DNA of 64,000 nucleotides from Candidatus Omnitrophota bacterium (lineage in GTDB: Bacteria > Omnitrophota > Omnitrophia > Omnitrophales > Aquincolibacteriaceae), in assembly GCA_030698625.1 (NCBI GenBank), contig JAUYMS010000024.1, positions 482-64,481 of the forward strand, written 5' to 3'. Position 1 is the first letter of the stretch. The number at the start of each line of letters is the position of its first letter. The translations under genes were made by a program, and so were the position numbers. This document shows, piece by piece, positions 20,601-27,266 of the stretch. The notes beneath the pieces are model-generated. The model saw nothing but the letters and a program-made list of their open reading frames with translations, was not told the origin of the DNA and ran no database searches.

Positions 20601-22357
20601 TCTTCCATTCGGCTTTCTATCTTGCGGTCGAGAAGTTGCGTATAGCGGCCTGCCTGTGTGATGCGGCCCTGTTCATAGAGACTCCGAATCACGGAATCAC
20701 GCCAGGCCCTAAGTGTAAGGCCCTGTTTGACGCTGCCCTCCGTAAGTCTATCTACGGTTGCCTCTGTAAATGCCGCCCGCAGGTCAATGCGGCCCTTACG
20801 GACTTTAAAATACTTATTCCAGGACACTTGTCCGCGCATGTAATCTTGATACCGTGTCTGTTCCGGGATTTCGTCAATATCGGGGGTCACCACCGCAAAG
20901 GATATCCCCTCCGCTCGAAAGGACTCGGCAAGTGCCTCGCGGTGAAAACCACCGGTAATAACGACAACAGTCTTATCTGCCTGCTTTGCACTGAGCTTTT
21001 TGATATTCTCGAGGAAGACCTGATCGCGCTTAAATGTCGTTTCATAGAAATGACGAAAAGCGAGGGTAGTCTCCTCGTCAAAGAGCGCCTGAACTTTTGC
21101 TGCCAAGCCTTCAGCGACCCCGTCAAAGGCAATAACATGACGCATCCAATCGTTGAGCGCATCCCATTCGGTCCGCGAAAGCTCCAGACGCTTTAGCTTT
21201 CCGAGAAGAAAGATCTGCCTGTCCAGATTATCGATGCGGCGTTCTTCAGGTCCTTGGACAACGGTGTCCTTGACCTCTGCGACATAGGCATCCCACTGAG
21301 TAAAAAACTCAGGGCCTCGAGTACGACTAAGCAGATTATGATGTCGGGTCAGCTCTTCTAGCCTCTGTGAGATATTTGGCAGCTCGATGTGCTTCGTCTC
21401 TTGGAGTTCGCTTAGCAGATCTGAGAGGACGCTTGCAAATCCGGCTCGGCTGATGGCTTCGGTTCGATAAGCCTGAAGCTTCTGGTGAAAGTCGCGTATC
21501 TGTGAAGTCGCCGTGAGGACCGGTTTTATGGCAGATGCAATCGCCTCAAGTTCCTGATCAAACTCTTTGGCGCTCTTAAACTCCTCGAGCTTAATACTCT
21601 TCGCCAACGAGTGAACTAGCGGATAGGCATGCTCGTCAACGGGATGAATGCCGACCATGTATGCCATCAAGTCACTTAGATAGCCCCGTTCGACCCGCCA
21701 CCGTTTCAAACGCCTGTCGAGCGCCATTGTCTGCGCACTATAATGCCCTTCTTTGAGAGTATTCAGCTCGCCTTCCAGTTGTTCGAGATATTCCTCTAGC
21801 TTTGGCCCCTCATTTAATGAAACCAGGAATGACGCGGTACCCTCTTCATACAAGCTTGGGTCTTCCATCCCGACATACAGCGTGTCGTCATCACCAAGGA
21901 CGCTGGCGGCAATGGCACCGGAGAGTTCTCCACTGCGCATATAATCGCCGAATACCTGCTCCAACTTTTCCCTGTCTGGAAACGCCCGGAATAGGCTTGG
22001 GTCAAATGCCTTGTCGGTACCTTCAAGGGCGACCGCATCGACGGTATATGCATTCAGCAGATAGCGCAATATCTTATAGATTGAACTCTGAGCTTGAGGA
22101 ATGGCGTGTGCGTCCTGAATAAAGATCACCGTCGGGGCCTCTCTGTCCGACTGATAGCGTTCTTCTATATACCCCAGGTCTTCCGGTAATTTAAGCAGGC
22201 TGAGAGAGCCGTCTCTAAGAGACTGGCGAAACGCAGGGACTTGGGTTTGAGCTCCAACCAAAGGCAGGGCCGCATACGCCGCCTGCATGGGGTTAAAAAT
22301 AACCTCAGCGGCGCAAAATGCAATGAGAGTCATCGTTGAGATAATCTTCTTAATCAT
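8699..22357 (-). CDS. Giant multidomain protein B, 4552 aa. Approximate layout: signal peptide or signal anchor (aa 1-35); conserved N-terminal domain with 'IFIQDAH' (aa ~82) and 'ITGGFHRE' (aa ~469), possibly TraB/GumN/Tiki-like; repeat array with HTH-like 'RRWW' motifs (aa ~650-2150); SNF2-family helicase core (aa ~2480-3200); about 1300 aa of C-terminal region of unknown function.
   Basis: An uninterrupted 13.6 kb ORF. SNF2 motifs read from the sequence: motif I GFIGDEPGLGKS (nt ~14800-14830), motif II LIIVDEAHRFKN (nt 14261-14284), motif III LLLSGTLLVNSVGDLYPLLHLLDP, motif VI QVISRIYRRGQ (nt ~12811-12845). The HTH-like repeats and N-terminal hydrophobic segment are described under findings. 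Confidence 0.9.
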   Translation of the reverse strand: MIKKIISTMTLIAFCAAEVIFNPMQAAYAALPLVGAQTQVPAFRQSLRDGSLSLLKLPEDLGYIEERYQSDREAPTVIFIQDAHAIPQAQSSIYKILRYLLNAYTVDAVALEGTDKAFDPSLFRAFPDREKLEQVFGDYMRSGELSGAIAASVLGDDDTLYVGMEDPSLYEEGTASFLVSLNEGPKLEEYLEQLEGELNTLKEGHYSAQTMALDRRLKRWRVERGYLSDLMAYMVGIHPVDEHAYPLVHSLAKSIKLEEFKSAKEFDQELEAIASAIKPVLTATSQIRDFHQKLQAYRTEAISRAGFASVLSDLLSELQETKHIELPNISQRLEELTRHHNLLSRTRGPEFFTQWDAYVAEVKDTVVQGPEERRIDNLDRQIFLLGKLKRLELSRTEWDALNDWMRHVIAFDGVAEGLAAKVQALFDEETTLAFRHFYETTFKRDQVFLENIKKLSAKQADKTVVVITGGFHREALAESFRAEGISFAVVTPDIDEIPEQTRYQDYMRGQVSWNKYFKVRKGRIDLRAAFTEATVDRLTEGSVKQGLTLRAWRDSVIRSLYEQGRITQAGRYTQLLDRKIESRMEDDLITRFTEKWSANLERFIERINILDQQDRLTEAEVARILSSPTNQFAEAVPAGTILAVFRTQSLRPDFLLRYPGFRARSELRGEDVETVNLSRVIKKPGKWFKPYDLGTLDGNKANRHFLKNAFRVADALGIRNVDIVDGFATLDEEITPSTVSFWRTDPAATITFANAAILALVLLESEFAYEPAAAVSRILGTRVASNKGLSLRQLAPIFTGVKNVIDEVAQELVQPLSGIDFDRNEITPELAERFKQHVYSNIYRMTPALKVTHYEINNALNTTSAYYWQNGLDRPGGTHEDPVIAWGFASELAKYVSAEVDPVVAVAKMAGDDTIDANVLSRIWRDFPRDDQMPTPQTRQPAVVKSPAKSRPAPPAADGPVNINRLIERPADEFFRPGSKRILAEDIGDRKVEVNRHFIANTYALVQALEIDNQEIADLVGVHVATVRRWWANPIATITWADAAKLAQRLLRDESGDFTDAQAVARIFGALRLSLIQLKPIFHEANKVINQIIADTVKPVNFKRDPLTPTAAGKLKSNFLDNAFLAARALNMSNAEIHEAVIHIAMGGPAQSGTVGYWENGKPGEKGAKRTIRGPYAAQLAKYITGKKLAVSATATLTGDENLTHAELSEVFAAFPTRSELRTQAEDGDLVKQPTTLQNYFAKRGEVVDLDNLTIEQAKTARNLFLDNAFWMIGNHYSYEEIRQTTGAGSTGTVDYWKKGKKGTVYRSIDLEYARELAKLALTGYPEATSYYRSLAYLFGDTSLSRAQIAAIFRRARERLPKGDVAQVSGIREPARGLFRKGSNRLVKQDADTIKTNQHFLENAGRVADNLEIDDQEIADVVGVHVATVRRWWNNPIATINWEDAAKLARYLLRIEKNYTDAAAVARMIGAPNLSLIQMAPIFDGARDAIKTIVAEQTLDLPYSLFDASNVENGDARRLKLHALQNVFRVTPQLGITNPEINEALDTTTANYWQKGKPGKDGEWEYPSISWAYIAELAQYVSASKQQIRAVATLAGHSSLGRAEFEQVFSDFGERSELRAGVDLNRTIENPKAWLDQYTVASIDKKRANRHFIRNALAVVKALWGEDEVTQASRDIAAETGIAFGKITRWWTYEGNEHVTISWDDAVKLAKYLLEDEAAYDDRAAVARLVGIRRLSVRQLAAVFTDAQKEVDQAVRDKATPLPAAQFNPGNITVASAERFKQRVLGNIYRVTPVLSITHGEINQALRTTSSYYWANGLDRRDGTHEDPVAAWGFVSELAKYVTGEANGVRAVAKIYGDTSIGTAQLREIYASFGEAPEPAPSALARRDEPTDGDIAAERRLREVITPPGRWLYRRGSHRLVREDVDTIRANRHFLANTQAVAREFGLGVEDIARAVGLPVAKARRWWSSNPIATITWEDAAKLAQFLLGTALPRNEVTDAAAVARILGVPNLSLIQMEPIFHEANQALEAAVEAAIKRANFPHGNITPVVAGKLRSNFLDNAFLVARALNLSNSELHEAVIYAALGGPVQSGTVGYWEKGKPGERGVNRRIGGVAAAELAKYVSGKRRLVSGIAKLAGDDALTREQLSRVFRNLPARSELRTQLLDPSQRWLSNLAEAPWQDERIISRDAIRTLLLYLMSQADTDMDGLLRNRSNFKQPILGDQNLESLIAVYEAEVVNRDYVSAAAGPDRIYETAVQLLLHDTGFRQYEGFGAIERQRRLEKTVDETNRDLFRQLTRTINMDEWLDLFETDRAGFWFLLSAANPQMAEDQLMQLLTEKFRQQLNGRKSRKPTSYSRGRIEHLENDFYLFFQNDSTKNILLAQIRERIANDLMAAAADEANGKGGTPAEQAMEIAIEWAEAGRAQWQTEVDAVRREQTASEDGALQLRLAKAEANVTVYTELRRHYNDLKQAKYQSHVNAVKPGTSIKQELELYQHEGIDFGVRTLRGFIGDEPGLGKSVQALGVAQVAKDIMMQQALKTASENQRNQRVLLIAANGVLNNWEEKHIQSWLPNTERLDLSAVDWNSMTEEDWNRERRIADGLQELPEGERPKKDLYVIIDADYSGAYGNSTRMQRLLYAKNRARFVMINYNFLATGQDIQWDGDTRQQKDVLAEELRNWGGADQGPDLIIVDEAHRFKNATNSETKTLISMRSTRPEQRILLLSGTLLVNSVGDLYPLLHLLDPEEYPEQLNGASNLAASQRGFGRRYQGVAGRVALNLDLRRRGIIIRRSREQVLGDNLPERLDTEFVEVSLEQRLTPAGDNLQQAVYEYLDRDLLNTADNQQRVGKITRLQLGSLDLDALGIDPATLEAVLLRLEEALPSLQDQLEINPRVQESIDRIIAEAIRELTHDRQSWGPPNPYGDPSTNPNFPYAFTSPARLDAVATDLINHRSTHPDSKVFAVSNFHAILRRIHELVAQKRGQAEVLRLQRVLAGRSEVSDVSELGIPVASIQRVIQSISKDLVAEDDLVRRVEHKAQPYLESVIGRRIVATKPVSQEQALRDFRAIVMHADYNTATFPKPMARIRRMVQRRLGQEFIATLQKPDHNEPVTGPLRYATIENFNRHTDHDSPDKEILLAMAGSGGEGFDVVGSEEKPTDAIYIVDSPLTDARREQVISRIYRRGQSADEIHIRQYYAPNTWEATRAIPLVGTKRDMLLQALDGFVDDEQLEVSSYQAIQDASRERDKMLRLLANLERIYSVAMRTGDWNTVRDMWDRFAKEYSEKITRLAAYPLGQMFLRYLVELQTTGQIELSKGDTVSFLPSGPATDLLGWYEVRRIMANLSPTGDFKINDLHYNLVDFSQAMLDLAHKNLDNRGVTNVDYINKNLVLDDLEPEVAQLTIGSELWHYGQPIIPPDLTPEQRRILEDIIRRRLRGEHRARVPEALPRAERSLLNMVLDRIPAGITEADIPKLYVGQRNYMLKQLVQHTKKDGYVLLFLHNGDMTEAARTFLEENYGMTVVHNGFGTLNLEGIPARLRKVLTQSSFVLAKRTNVDVDLSPERLSRLPWDGYEIRSGRRHSLTRSGADVIHIHPPTDDGDQGDPTSSLNAWIEDRVTRINRRAVELRSEEVQLLRLKGELKGLISTAHPDIGAVPQITGKIHQMIDLNPEAAYLESVLGEILNVRFGDNPEWDPFANELDVEVIDLLRRTLSDMNNEGRRVIVEEPAATGGQPRGGRPQVLPQPEPVPDDITDDHDLMQLLKNPANFSDGKGYTFVMIQEGMQHFSSDIIVDEDNKTIWVNAHLVQDSGLAPADITTLLQLRLHAHLDALVSEIKGLSDENRLELAFVGLDRLQQRFAGLKESGRYLEIATTLVNQKVYAHLVKFLWELADPKALPLLEGRILNFQHSAGGTRKENRDFLGKYRASRKAIALGGSLDSSVVRRIREYLSEKLGDEIQDEFAADQTRAIELFIGRHGKKFPNRLSAGHIDTEFDEEMDLEGDAEETSITIIHVDEAGERTWLGRLKPGMTPDSVEEPWDLNWEAIETQEDVTSIRFPEWNGAYRRGADKRYGITRLGGRGKGGQTKIWPKIAADGLPAHGLLLIGGREAKGPALIVRKLPGRSLAAVFQVRREIADIVGPTGVADSGHMTPIFDYIIDDENNHPVAIIDISKPSDGLIIPQVTDGNETIEAHTAFAVVEKAGEPGTMLLQIIRNPLDEEAENTLTIAKPAPKAGDQRSELRAIAEVAAGIVSPSPVVIARTSALTVENVANSDTGVAGFADGLRASYRLLIFDHLFVRTAAAQQFSGSTREAYAYAGTVLKEHRFSPQQFNQIAREEFRASLDRLVDAIQRQEVKQLTPIIFYSPEIKEQLLSFVARVYEAVDSQPNLDVKDFQFHIVFSDKEKKQKGDFLSALSKQKAAAQNLVRDSLYWVDGTDSQWVELTKQLDQRVIGNQKFADAYGIFFPHDRWLALSRSVPRQRIVRSNGVPLAFSMSLVPPLAQFLSTTETAEITAQALDKALERYAGSVQYDVSTGITILTTLLQLMAASHREIAASA
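12750..14920 (-). other. SNF2/Swi2-family helicase core (SNF2 N-terminal ATPase domain plus helicase C-terminal domain) embedded in gene B.
   Basis: DEAH-box variant DEAHRFKN, Walker A GLGKS, motif III LLLSGT, arginine-finger motif QVISRIYRRGQ. Confidence 0.8.
15900..20400 (-). repeat. Protein-level tandem repeat array inside gene B. At least five diverged modules of about 250-300 aa (the fifth, 'VADALGIRNVDIVDGF', is degenerate). Each carries 'ANRHF(L/I)xNxxxVAxxLxIxxxEIAxxVGVHVATVRRWWxNPIATIxWxDAAKLA', resembling a transposase/excisionase-type helix-turn-helix, followed by 'YWxxGKPGExG' and 'AELAKYV' submotifs, and ending in 'RSELR' plus acidic residues.
   Basis: Motif copies found at nt ~19265-19315 (EIADLVGVHVATVRRWWANPIATITWADAAKLA), ~18065-18115 (EIADVVGVHVATVRRWWNNPIATINWEDAAKLA), ~17285-17340 (GIAFGKITRWWTYEGNEHVTISWDDAVKLA), ~16455-16510 (IARAVGLPVAKARRWWSSNPIATITWEDAAKLA), and a degenerate copy at ~20160-20260. 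Confidence 0.7.
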
Positions 22358-22514
22358 AAGTGATACAAACCCCTATCCTATTTTTAATAAAGTAAGTCTA
22401 TAAGGTCTTCCCATGCATAAATTTCCCACGAATAATTAAAAGTATAAAAGGTAGTGAAAGGGTACCATTCATCCTTCTGATTTCAAGGCAGGCCGTGAGG
22501 TTACTGGCAGGAAC

Positions 22515-22530
22515 GAGGCAATATTGCCTC
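22515..22530. promoter_or_regulatory. Perfect 16-bp palindrome GAGGCAATATTGCCTC in the 313-bp divergent intergenic region between gene B (minus) and lpxA (plus). Candidate operator for a dimeric regulator.
   Basis: Read directly from the sequence. The region 22358-22670 is AT-rich around 22370-22460 and presumably holds both promoters. Confidence 0.4.
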
Positions 22531-22670
22531 AAGAGAGATTAAACTTGTCCTCACTGGTTATCATTTTGGTATGACAATCATTGCTATAAGTAGCTAACCG
22601 TTGTGCATCCCCACGAAGACCAGCCACACCATGGTTAGACAAAATACGGGCACGGTGCTAGAATGCCGCC

Positions 22671-23492
22671 ATGCCTACAATTCACCCCACAGCCATTATT
22701 GGTAAGGATGTCCAGCTAGGCGAGGGTTGCCAGATTGGGTCCCACGTCATCATTGAAGACGGCGTCAAACTAGGGCAAAAAAACACCATTCGGGCCGGCG
22801 CCTATATCTGCCAAGGCACCAAAATGGGTGACCAAAACGATGTCCATATGCATGCCATTATTGGCCACGCTCCCCAGGACGTGTCTTTTGAGGGCGAGCC
22901 GTCCTACACACGCATTGGCGACCGGAATCAGATACGGGAGTTTGTTACCATCCATCGCGGCACAAAACCGGAGTCAGAAACGGTTATCGGCAATGACAAT
23001 TACCTCATGGCCTACTGCCATATTGCTCATAACTGCGTTGTGGGAAACCGCGTCATTATGGTAAACCAAGCTTCTTTAACCGGTTACTGCGTCGTTGAAG
23101 ACCAGGCCTTTTTGTCCGGGATGACGGGCCTGCACCAATTCACAAAGGTTGGCCGCCTTTCTATATTAAGTGCCCTCTCGGCAGTCAATAAGGACATACC
23201 TCCTTACATGATGTGCGGCGGCCGTCCGGCCGTAGTGCTTGGAATTAATGCGGTGGGTCTGAGGCGGGCAGGCATATCTTCGGATGTGCGCGCGGAAATC
23301 AAGGAGGCTTATAAGCTCCTCTACCGGTCCGGCCTTAATGTCAGCCAGGCCTTAGAGGCGATTTCCGAAAACTTAAAAAGTGAGGAAGTGAAGCATCTTG
23401 TGGAATTTATTGAATCCTCGGATCGCGGCATTATGGACGGCGCGTCAAGCGATGATGCCGAGACCTTACAGCCCCGTAAAAACTTCGCCTAG
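22671..23492 (+). CDS. lpxA: Acyl-[ACP]--UDP-N-acetylglucosamine O-acyltransferase (LpxA), left-handed beta-helix hexapeptide-repeat protein.
   Basis: N-terminus MPTIHPTAIIGKDVQLGEGCQIGSHVIIEDGVKLG and hexapeptide repeats; C-terminal LpxA-type helical domain (AVGLRRAGISSDVRAEIKEAYKLLYRSGL). Confidence 0.85.
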   Translation: MPTIHPTAIIGKDVQLGEGCQIGSHVIIEDGVKLGQKNTIRAGAYICQGTKMGDQNDVHMHAIIGHAPQDVSFEGEPSYTRIGDRNQIREFVTIHRGTKPESETVIGNDNYLMAYCHIAHNCVVGNRVIMVNQASLTGYCVVEDQAFLSGMTGLHQFTKVGRLSILSALSAVNKDIPPYMMCGGRPAVVLGINAVGLRRAGISSDVRAEIKEAYKLLYRSGLNVSQALEAISENLKSEEVKHLVEFIESSDRGIMDGASSDDAETLQPRKNFA

Positions 23493-24742
23493 ACTTTCCC
23501 CAAAATCAACACTGAATTCTTTCCCCCAAACCCGAAAGAATTCTTCATCGCAATGGAAATCTTATGCTGGCGAGTGGTGTCCGGTACGTAATCAAGATCG
23601 CATTCGGGATCCGGAACCGAGTAGTTGATCGTAGGTGGAATTTCATCATTGCCCATGGCTAAAAGAGTAGCAATGAGCTCCACGCTCCCCGCGGCGCCGA
23701 TCAGGTGGCCGATCATAGATTTTGTAGAACTCACGGGAATTTTATAAGCGTGATCTCCAAAAACCTTCTTGATGATCATAGTTTCTGTCTTGTCATTGAG
23801 GGGGGTGGACGTTCCGTGGGCATTGATATAGTCAACATCTTCGGGATTAATTCCCGCGCTGGCCATCGCCACACGCATGGCGCGGCTGGCCTCTTTGCCT
23901 TCAGGGTCTGGCGCAGTCATATGATAGGCATCACAAGTCATACCATGACCGAGAATCTCAGCATAGATGTGAGCTCCGCGCTTGCGCGCATGTTCGTATT
24001 CTTCTAGCACGAGCATACCGGCACCCTCGCCCAATACGAACCCGTCCCTGTCACGACTGAAAGGTCGACAGGCCCTCTGCGGCTCATCATTGCGTGTGGA
24101 AAGGGCTCGAGCAACACAGAACGCCGCCAGAATTCCTGGGTATATAGAAGCTTCTGCACCACCCATAATCAGGAAGTCCAGATTTCCGCTGCGGATGGCA
24201 TCAAACGCGTAGCCGCAAGCATCTGAGGCGGAGGAACAGGCAGTAGCGATAGAGAAACTCGGACCGGTAACACCAAGTTCGATGGAGACATTACTCGCAC
24301 AGGCGTCCGGAAAGGATGCCAAGGCTGTAAACGGATTGATCCGCATCGGACCCCGCTCCATCAGTGTCGTGTGCTGATCTAAGATATACCCATGACCGGC
24401 CATGGCCGTTCCGATAATAACTCCCGTACGGTCTGGTCCATTTGCGCGGAAATCAAGACCGGCATCCTCAGCAGCCATCTTGGCACAAGCTACTGCAAAC
24501 TGCGAGGTACGATCCATGCGTTTCAGTCGCTTGGGTTCAATAAAATCGGAAGGGCGGAAATCTTTGATCTCGCCGGCAAAGTGGGTAGTAAACGCGGTGG
24601 TGTCAAAGGCCTCAATCAGGCTTACGCCCGACTGGCCTTTCTGCAGAGCCTGCCAAAACTTCTCCTTCCCGCAACCGTTTGAGGCCAAAACCCCTAAACC
24701 GGTAACGACGACACGTCTGGCAGAACTCCTTATTGAAGTCAC
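23489..24742 (-). CDS. fabF: Beta-ketoacyl-[ACP] synthase II (KAS II).
   Basis: 417 aa with the active-site Cys context (ATACSSASDA) and the His/His motifs (AHGTSTPLNDKTE, SSTKSMIGHLIGAAG), plus the C-terminal NSFGFGGKNSVLIL. Confidence 0.9.
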   Translation of the reverse strand: MTSIRSSARRVVVTGLGVLASNGCGKEKFWQALQKGQSGVSLIEAFDTTAFTTHFAGEIKDFRPSDFIEPKRLKRMDRTSQFAVACAKMAAEDAGLDFRANGPDRTGVIIGTAMAGHGYILDQHTTLMERGPMRINPFTALASFPDACASNVSIELGVTGPSFSIATACSSASDACGYAFDAIRSGNLDFLIMGGAEASIYPGILAAFCVARALSTRNDEPQRACRPFSRDRDGFVLGEGAGMLVLEEYEHARKRGAHIYAEILGHGMTCDAYHMTAPDPEGKEASRAMRVAMASAGINPEDVDYINAHGTSTPLNDKTETMIIKKVFGDHAYKIPVSSTKSMIGHLIGAAGSVELIATLLAMGNDEIPPTINYSVPDPECDLDYVPDTTRQHKISIAMKNSFGFGGKNSVLILGKV

Positions 24743-24770
24743 TAGAGGCGGCTCAAGGTTAGGGTAAATC

Positions 24771-26336
24771 TCAAACGGCGGGGACGGCTTCTCCCTTGCA
24801 CGTCAGGGCGATCTTTCGGGCCTCATGGTCGATGTGCAAGATACTGACCGTCACAGGAGACGAAACCTTGAAGTTTTTTTCCAGGTCGGCCGCAATTTCT
24901 TGGGGAATCTCCGAAATGTGCACCAAACCCTCCAGACCGTTTTCAAGCTCTACGAAAAGGCCAAAACTAACGACCCGCGTCACCTTTCCTGCAACTTGAT
25001 GCCCCGTATGCAGCTCCTTGGTAAGGGTCTCCCAGGGGTCATCGGTAAGCTGTTTCATGCCGAGTGAGATCTTCTGGTTGTCCGCATCAATGCCCAAAAT
25101 AATGACATTCACGGGGTCACCTTTTTTTAGGACATCACTGGGACGACTCACCTTGTGAGTCCAAGAAATATCAGAAATATGCACCAGGCCGTCAATGCCG
25201 GGTTCCAGTTCAACAAAGGCGCCGTAATCAGTGAGATTGCGAACCTTCCCCTCCACATGCGCACCCACCTGATATCGGTCCGGTACCCGCAACCAGGGAT
25301 TGTCCTGCGTCTGCTTCATACCCAGAGAGATTTTCTTCTCCTGCCTGTCCAGGTTCAGCACGACAACATCAACTTCGTCGCCAGTCTTAACCAACTCGGA
25401 CGGATGGCTAACACGCTTAGTCCAGGATAGTTCACTGATATGAACCAACCCCTCCACCCCCGGCTCTAATTCCACAAATGCGCCATACGGCAGAATATTA
25501 ACCACTTTACCGCGCACATGAGTACCAACGGGAAACTTCTGGTCGACGTTATCCCAAGGGTCTGTCGTCTTCTGCTTCAACCCCAGAGAAACCTTCTCAC
25601 TTTCACGGTCGATACCGATAATCACAACATCAATGTCATCACCCAATTTTGCCATTTCAGACGGGTGGGACAAACGGCCCCAACTCATGTCGGTGATGTG
25701 AAGAAGACCATCAAGGCTGCCAAGGTCGATAAAGGCCCCGAAGTCCGTAATGTTCTTTACTTTCCCGCGAACAATATCTCCTACTTTAAGAGTGCCCAGT
25801 TTCTGCAGACGAACCGCGTTCCTCTCTTTGTCGAGAAAATCCTTCCGGGAAACAACGACGTTCTTACGCTTATGATTAATTCTGGCGATAAGGAATTTGC
25901 TTTGCATTCCGAGAAATTGATCCAGGTGGCGGGTAGGTTTGATATCCACTAACGATGCCGGGAGAAACGCATCCATGCCGATATCCACCATGAACCCTCC
26001 GCGAACCTTCTTATAAATCTTACCTTCAACGATACTGCCCTCTTCAGCATTTGACAAAAGAGAAGTCCAAGTGCGCTGGCGATCCGCTTTTCTCTTGGAG
26101 ACAACAACGATTCCTTCCGCATCCAAAAAGGTCTCGAATAGGACGTCAAGTTGCATCCCGACAGAAACTTCAGAGGGATTGCTGAACTCATCAATCGGAA
26201 GAATGCCTTCCGACTTGTAACCGATATCAATCACGACTTCACGGTTACGGACGGCAACGACTGTCCCTTTTACGATGTCTCCTTCCTCATAAACGCGGAT
26301 AGAGCTCTCGTATAGTTCTGCGAATTGGGAATTCAT
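24771..26336 (-). CDS. rpsA: 30S ribosomal protein S1, multiple S1 RNA-binding domains.
   Basis: 521 aa with repeated S1-domain signatures (G.V.G.V..I..FGAFV.L..G..GL.HIS.). Confidence 0.9.
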   Translation of the reverse strand: MNSQFAELYESSIRVYEEGDIVKGTVVAVRNREVVIDIGYKSEGILPIDEFSNPSEVSVGMQLDVLFETFLDAEGIVVVSKRKADRQRTWTSLLSNAEEGSIVEGKIYKKVRGGFMVDIGMDAFLPASLVDIKPTRHLDQFLGMQSKFLIARINHKRKNVVVSRKDFLDKERNAVRLQKLGTLKVGDIVRGKVKNITDFGAFIDLGSLDGLLHITDMSWGRLSHPSEMAKLGDDIDVVIIGIDRESEKVSLGLKQKTTDPWDNVDQKFPVGTHVRGKVVNILPYGAFVELEPGVEGLVHISELSWTKRVSHPSELVKTGDEVDVVVLNLDRQEKKISLGMKQTQDNPWLRVPDRYQVGAHVEGKVRNLTDYGAFVELEPGIDGLVHISDISWTHKVSRPSDVLKKGDPVNVIILGIDADNQKISLGMKQLTDDPWETLTKELHTGHQVAGKVTRVVSFGLFVELENGLEGLVHISEIPQEIAADLEKNFKVSSPVTVSILHIDHEARKIALTCKGEAVPAV

Positions 26337-26412
26337 AAATGCAAACGCCTCCTTGAGATATAGACTTTGGCTAGGTAGGGCGCATTATAGCATAAAGCCC
26401 TATAATGCAAAG

Positions 26413-27246
26413 CTAAATTTGGGTGCGTTTTCGAGCAGCCGCGCGGAGAAATTTGAGCAAAAAACGCCCGTCCCGTCGGGCCAGACCACGCTGTAATGCT
26501 TGAAACTCCTGGCTAAATGCGGCCATGGACTTCAAAATTGCCTTCCGGTTGGAAAGCATGATCGGAAGCCAAACAGAGTCGCTAGCTGCAGCGATGCGGG
26601 TACTGTCGCGCAAGCCCGCACCTGCAAAGCGCAGGGAAGAACGCGGAATGGAGAGCATCAGACAGGCAGCAACGGCGTGAGGGAGGTGGCTTACGGCACT
26701 CACGACGGCATCGTGCTCATCCGCGCTAATCTCGACAACACGGCTTGAGATCCGCCTCCAGAATGATTTGACTTGCCGGTACGCCGCCTTATGTTTTGGT
26801 TCACGTATAAGAAAAATTAAACCCTCATTGTAGAGGTCTCGGTCGGCAGCGGGCATACCGCGCTTATGTGATCCGACAAGCGGATGAGCTCCTATGAACT
26901 CGATACTTTTCCAGGCCTTTCTGCGTATCAGACGCATCATCTGACCCTTTGCGCTTCCGACGTCGGTAACGATTGTTCCGGCACGTACAGTGCGGTCAAT
27001 GCGAGATAGAACTGACGAGAAGGTATCGACCGGCGTACAGACTACGATGAGGTCTGCTTCCTGAACCCCTCGCGCGAGATCCGTGAAGCCCTGGTGAATC
27101 CATCTGCGCCGTTTCGCAACGGCAATCGCAGCCCTGCTGCGGCTAATCCCGAGGATGCGACTATGAGGGAATTTCCTGCGGCAAGCACCTGCCAGCGAAC
27201 CGCCCATCAGTCCTAAGCCAACGATGGCAATACATTTCGGCTTCAT
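26413..27246 (-). CDS. tyrA: Prephenate/arogenate dehydrogenase.
   Basis: NAD-binding N-terminus IAIVGLGLMGGSLAGA, TyrA-type core, and an aromatic-biosynthesis neighbourhood. Confidence 0.75.
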   Translation of the reverse strand: MKPKCIAIVGLGLMGGSLAGACRRKFPHSRILGISRSRAAIAVAKRRRWIHQGFTDLARGVQEADLIVVCTPVDTFSSVLSRIDRTVRAGTIVTDVGSAKGQMMRLIRRKAWKSIEFIGAHPLVGSHKRGMPAADRDLYNEGLIFLIREPKHKAAYRQVKSFWRRISSRVVEISADEHDAVVSAVSHLPHAVAACLMLSIPRSSLRFAGAGLRDSTRIAAASDSVWLPIMLSNRKAILKSMAAFSQEFQALQRGLARRDGRFLLKFLRAAARKRTQI

Positions 27247-27266
27247 GAAATGAGATCTGCTCGAGG

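Noticed and set aside
20800-22180. Confident assignment of the shared N-terminal domain of genes A and B to the TraB/GumN/Tiki family
   Set aside because: Only the second GxxH-like motif (GGFH) and the general spacing match. The first motif reads (E/Q)DAH, not GTxH. I kept it as a tentative resemblance only.
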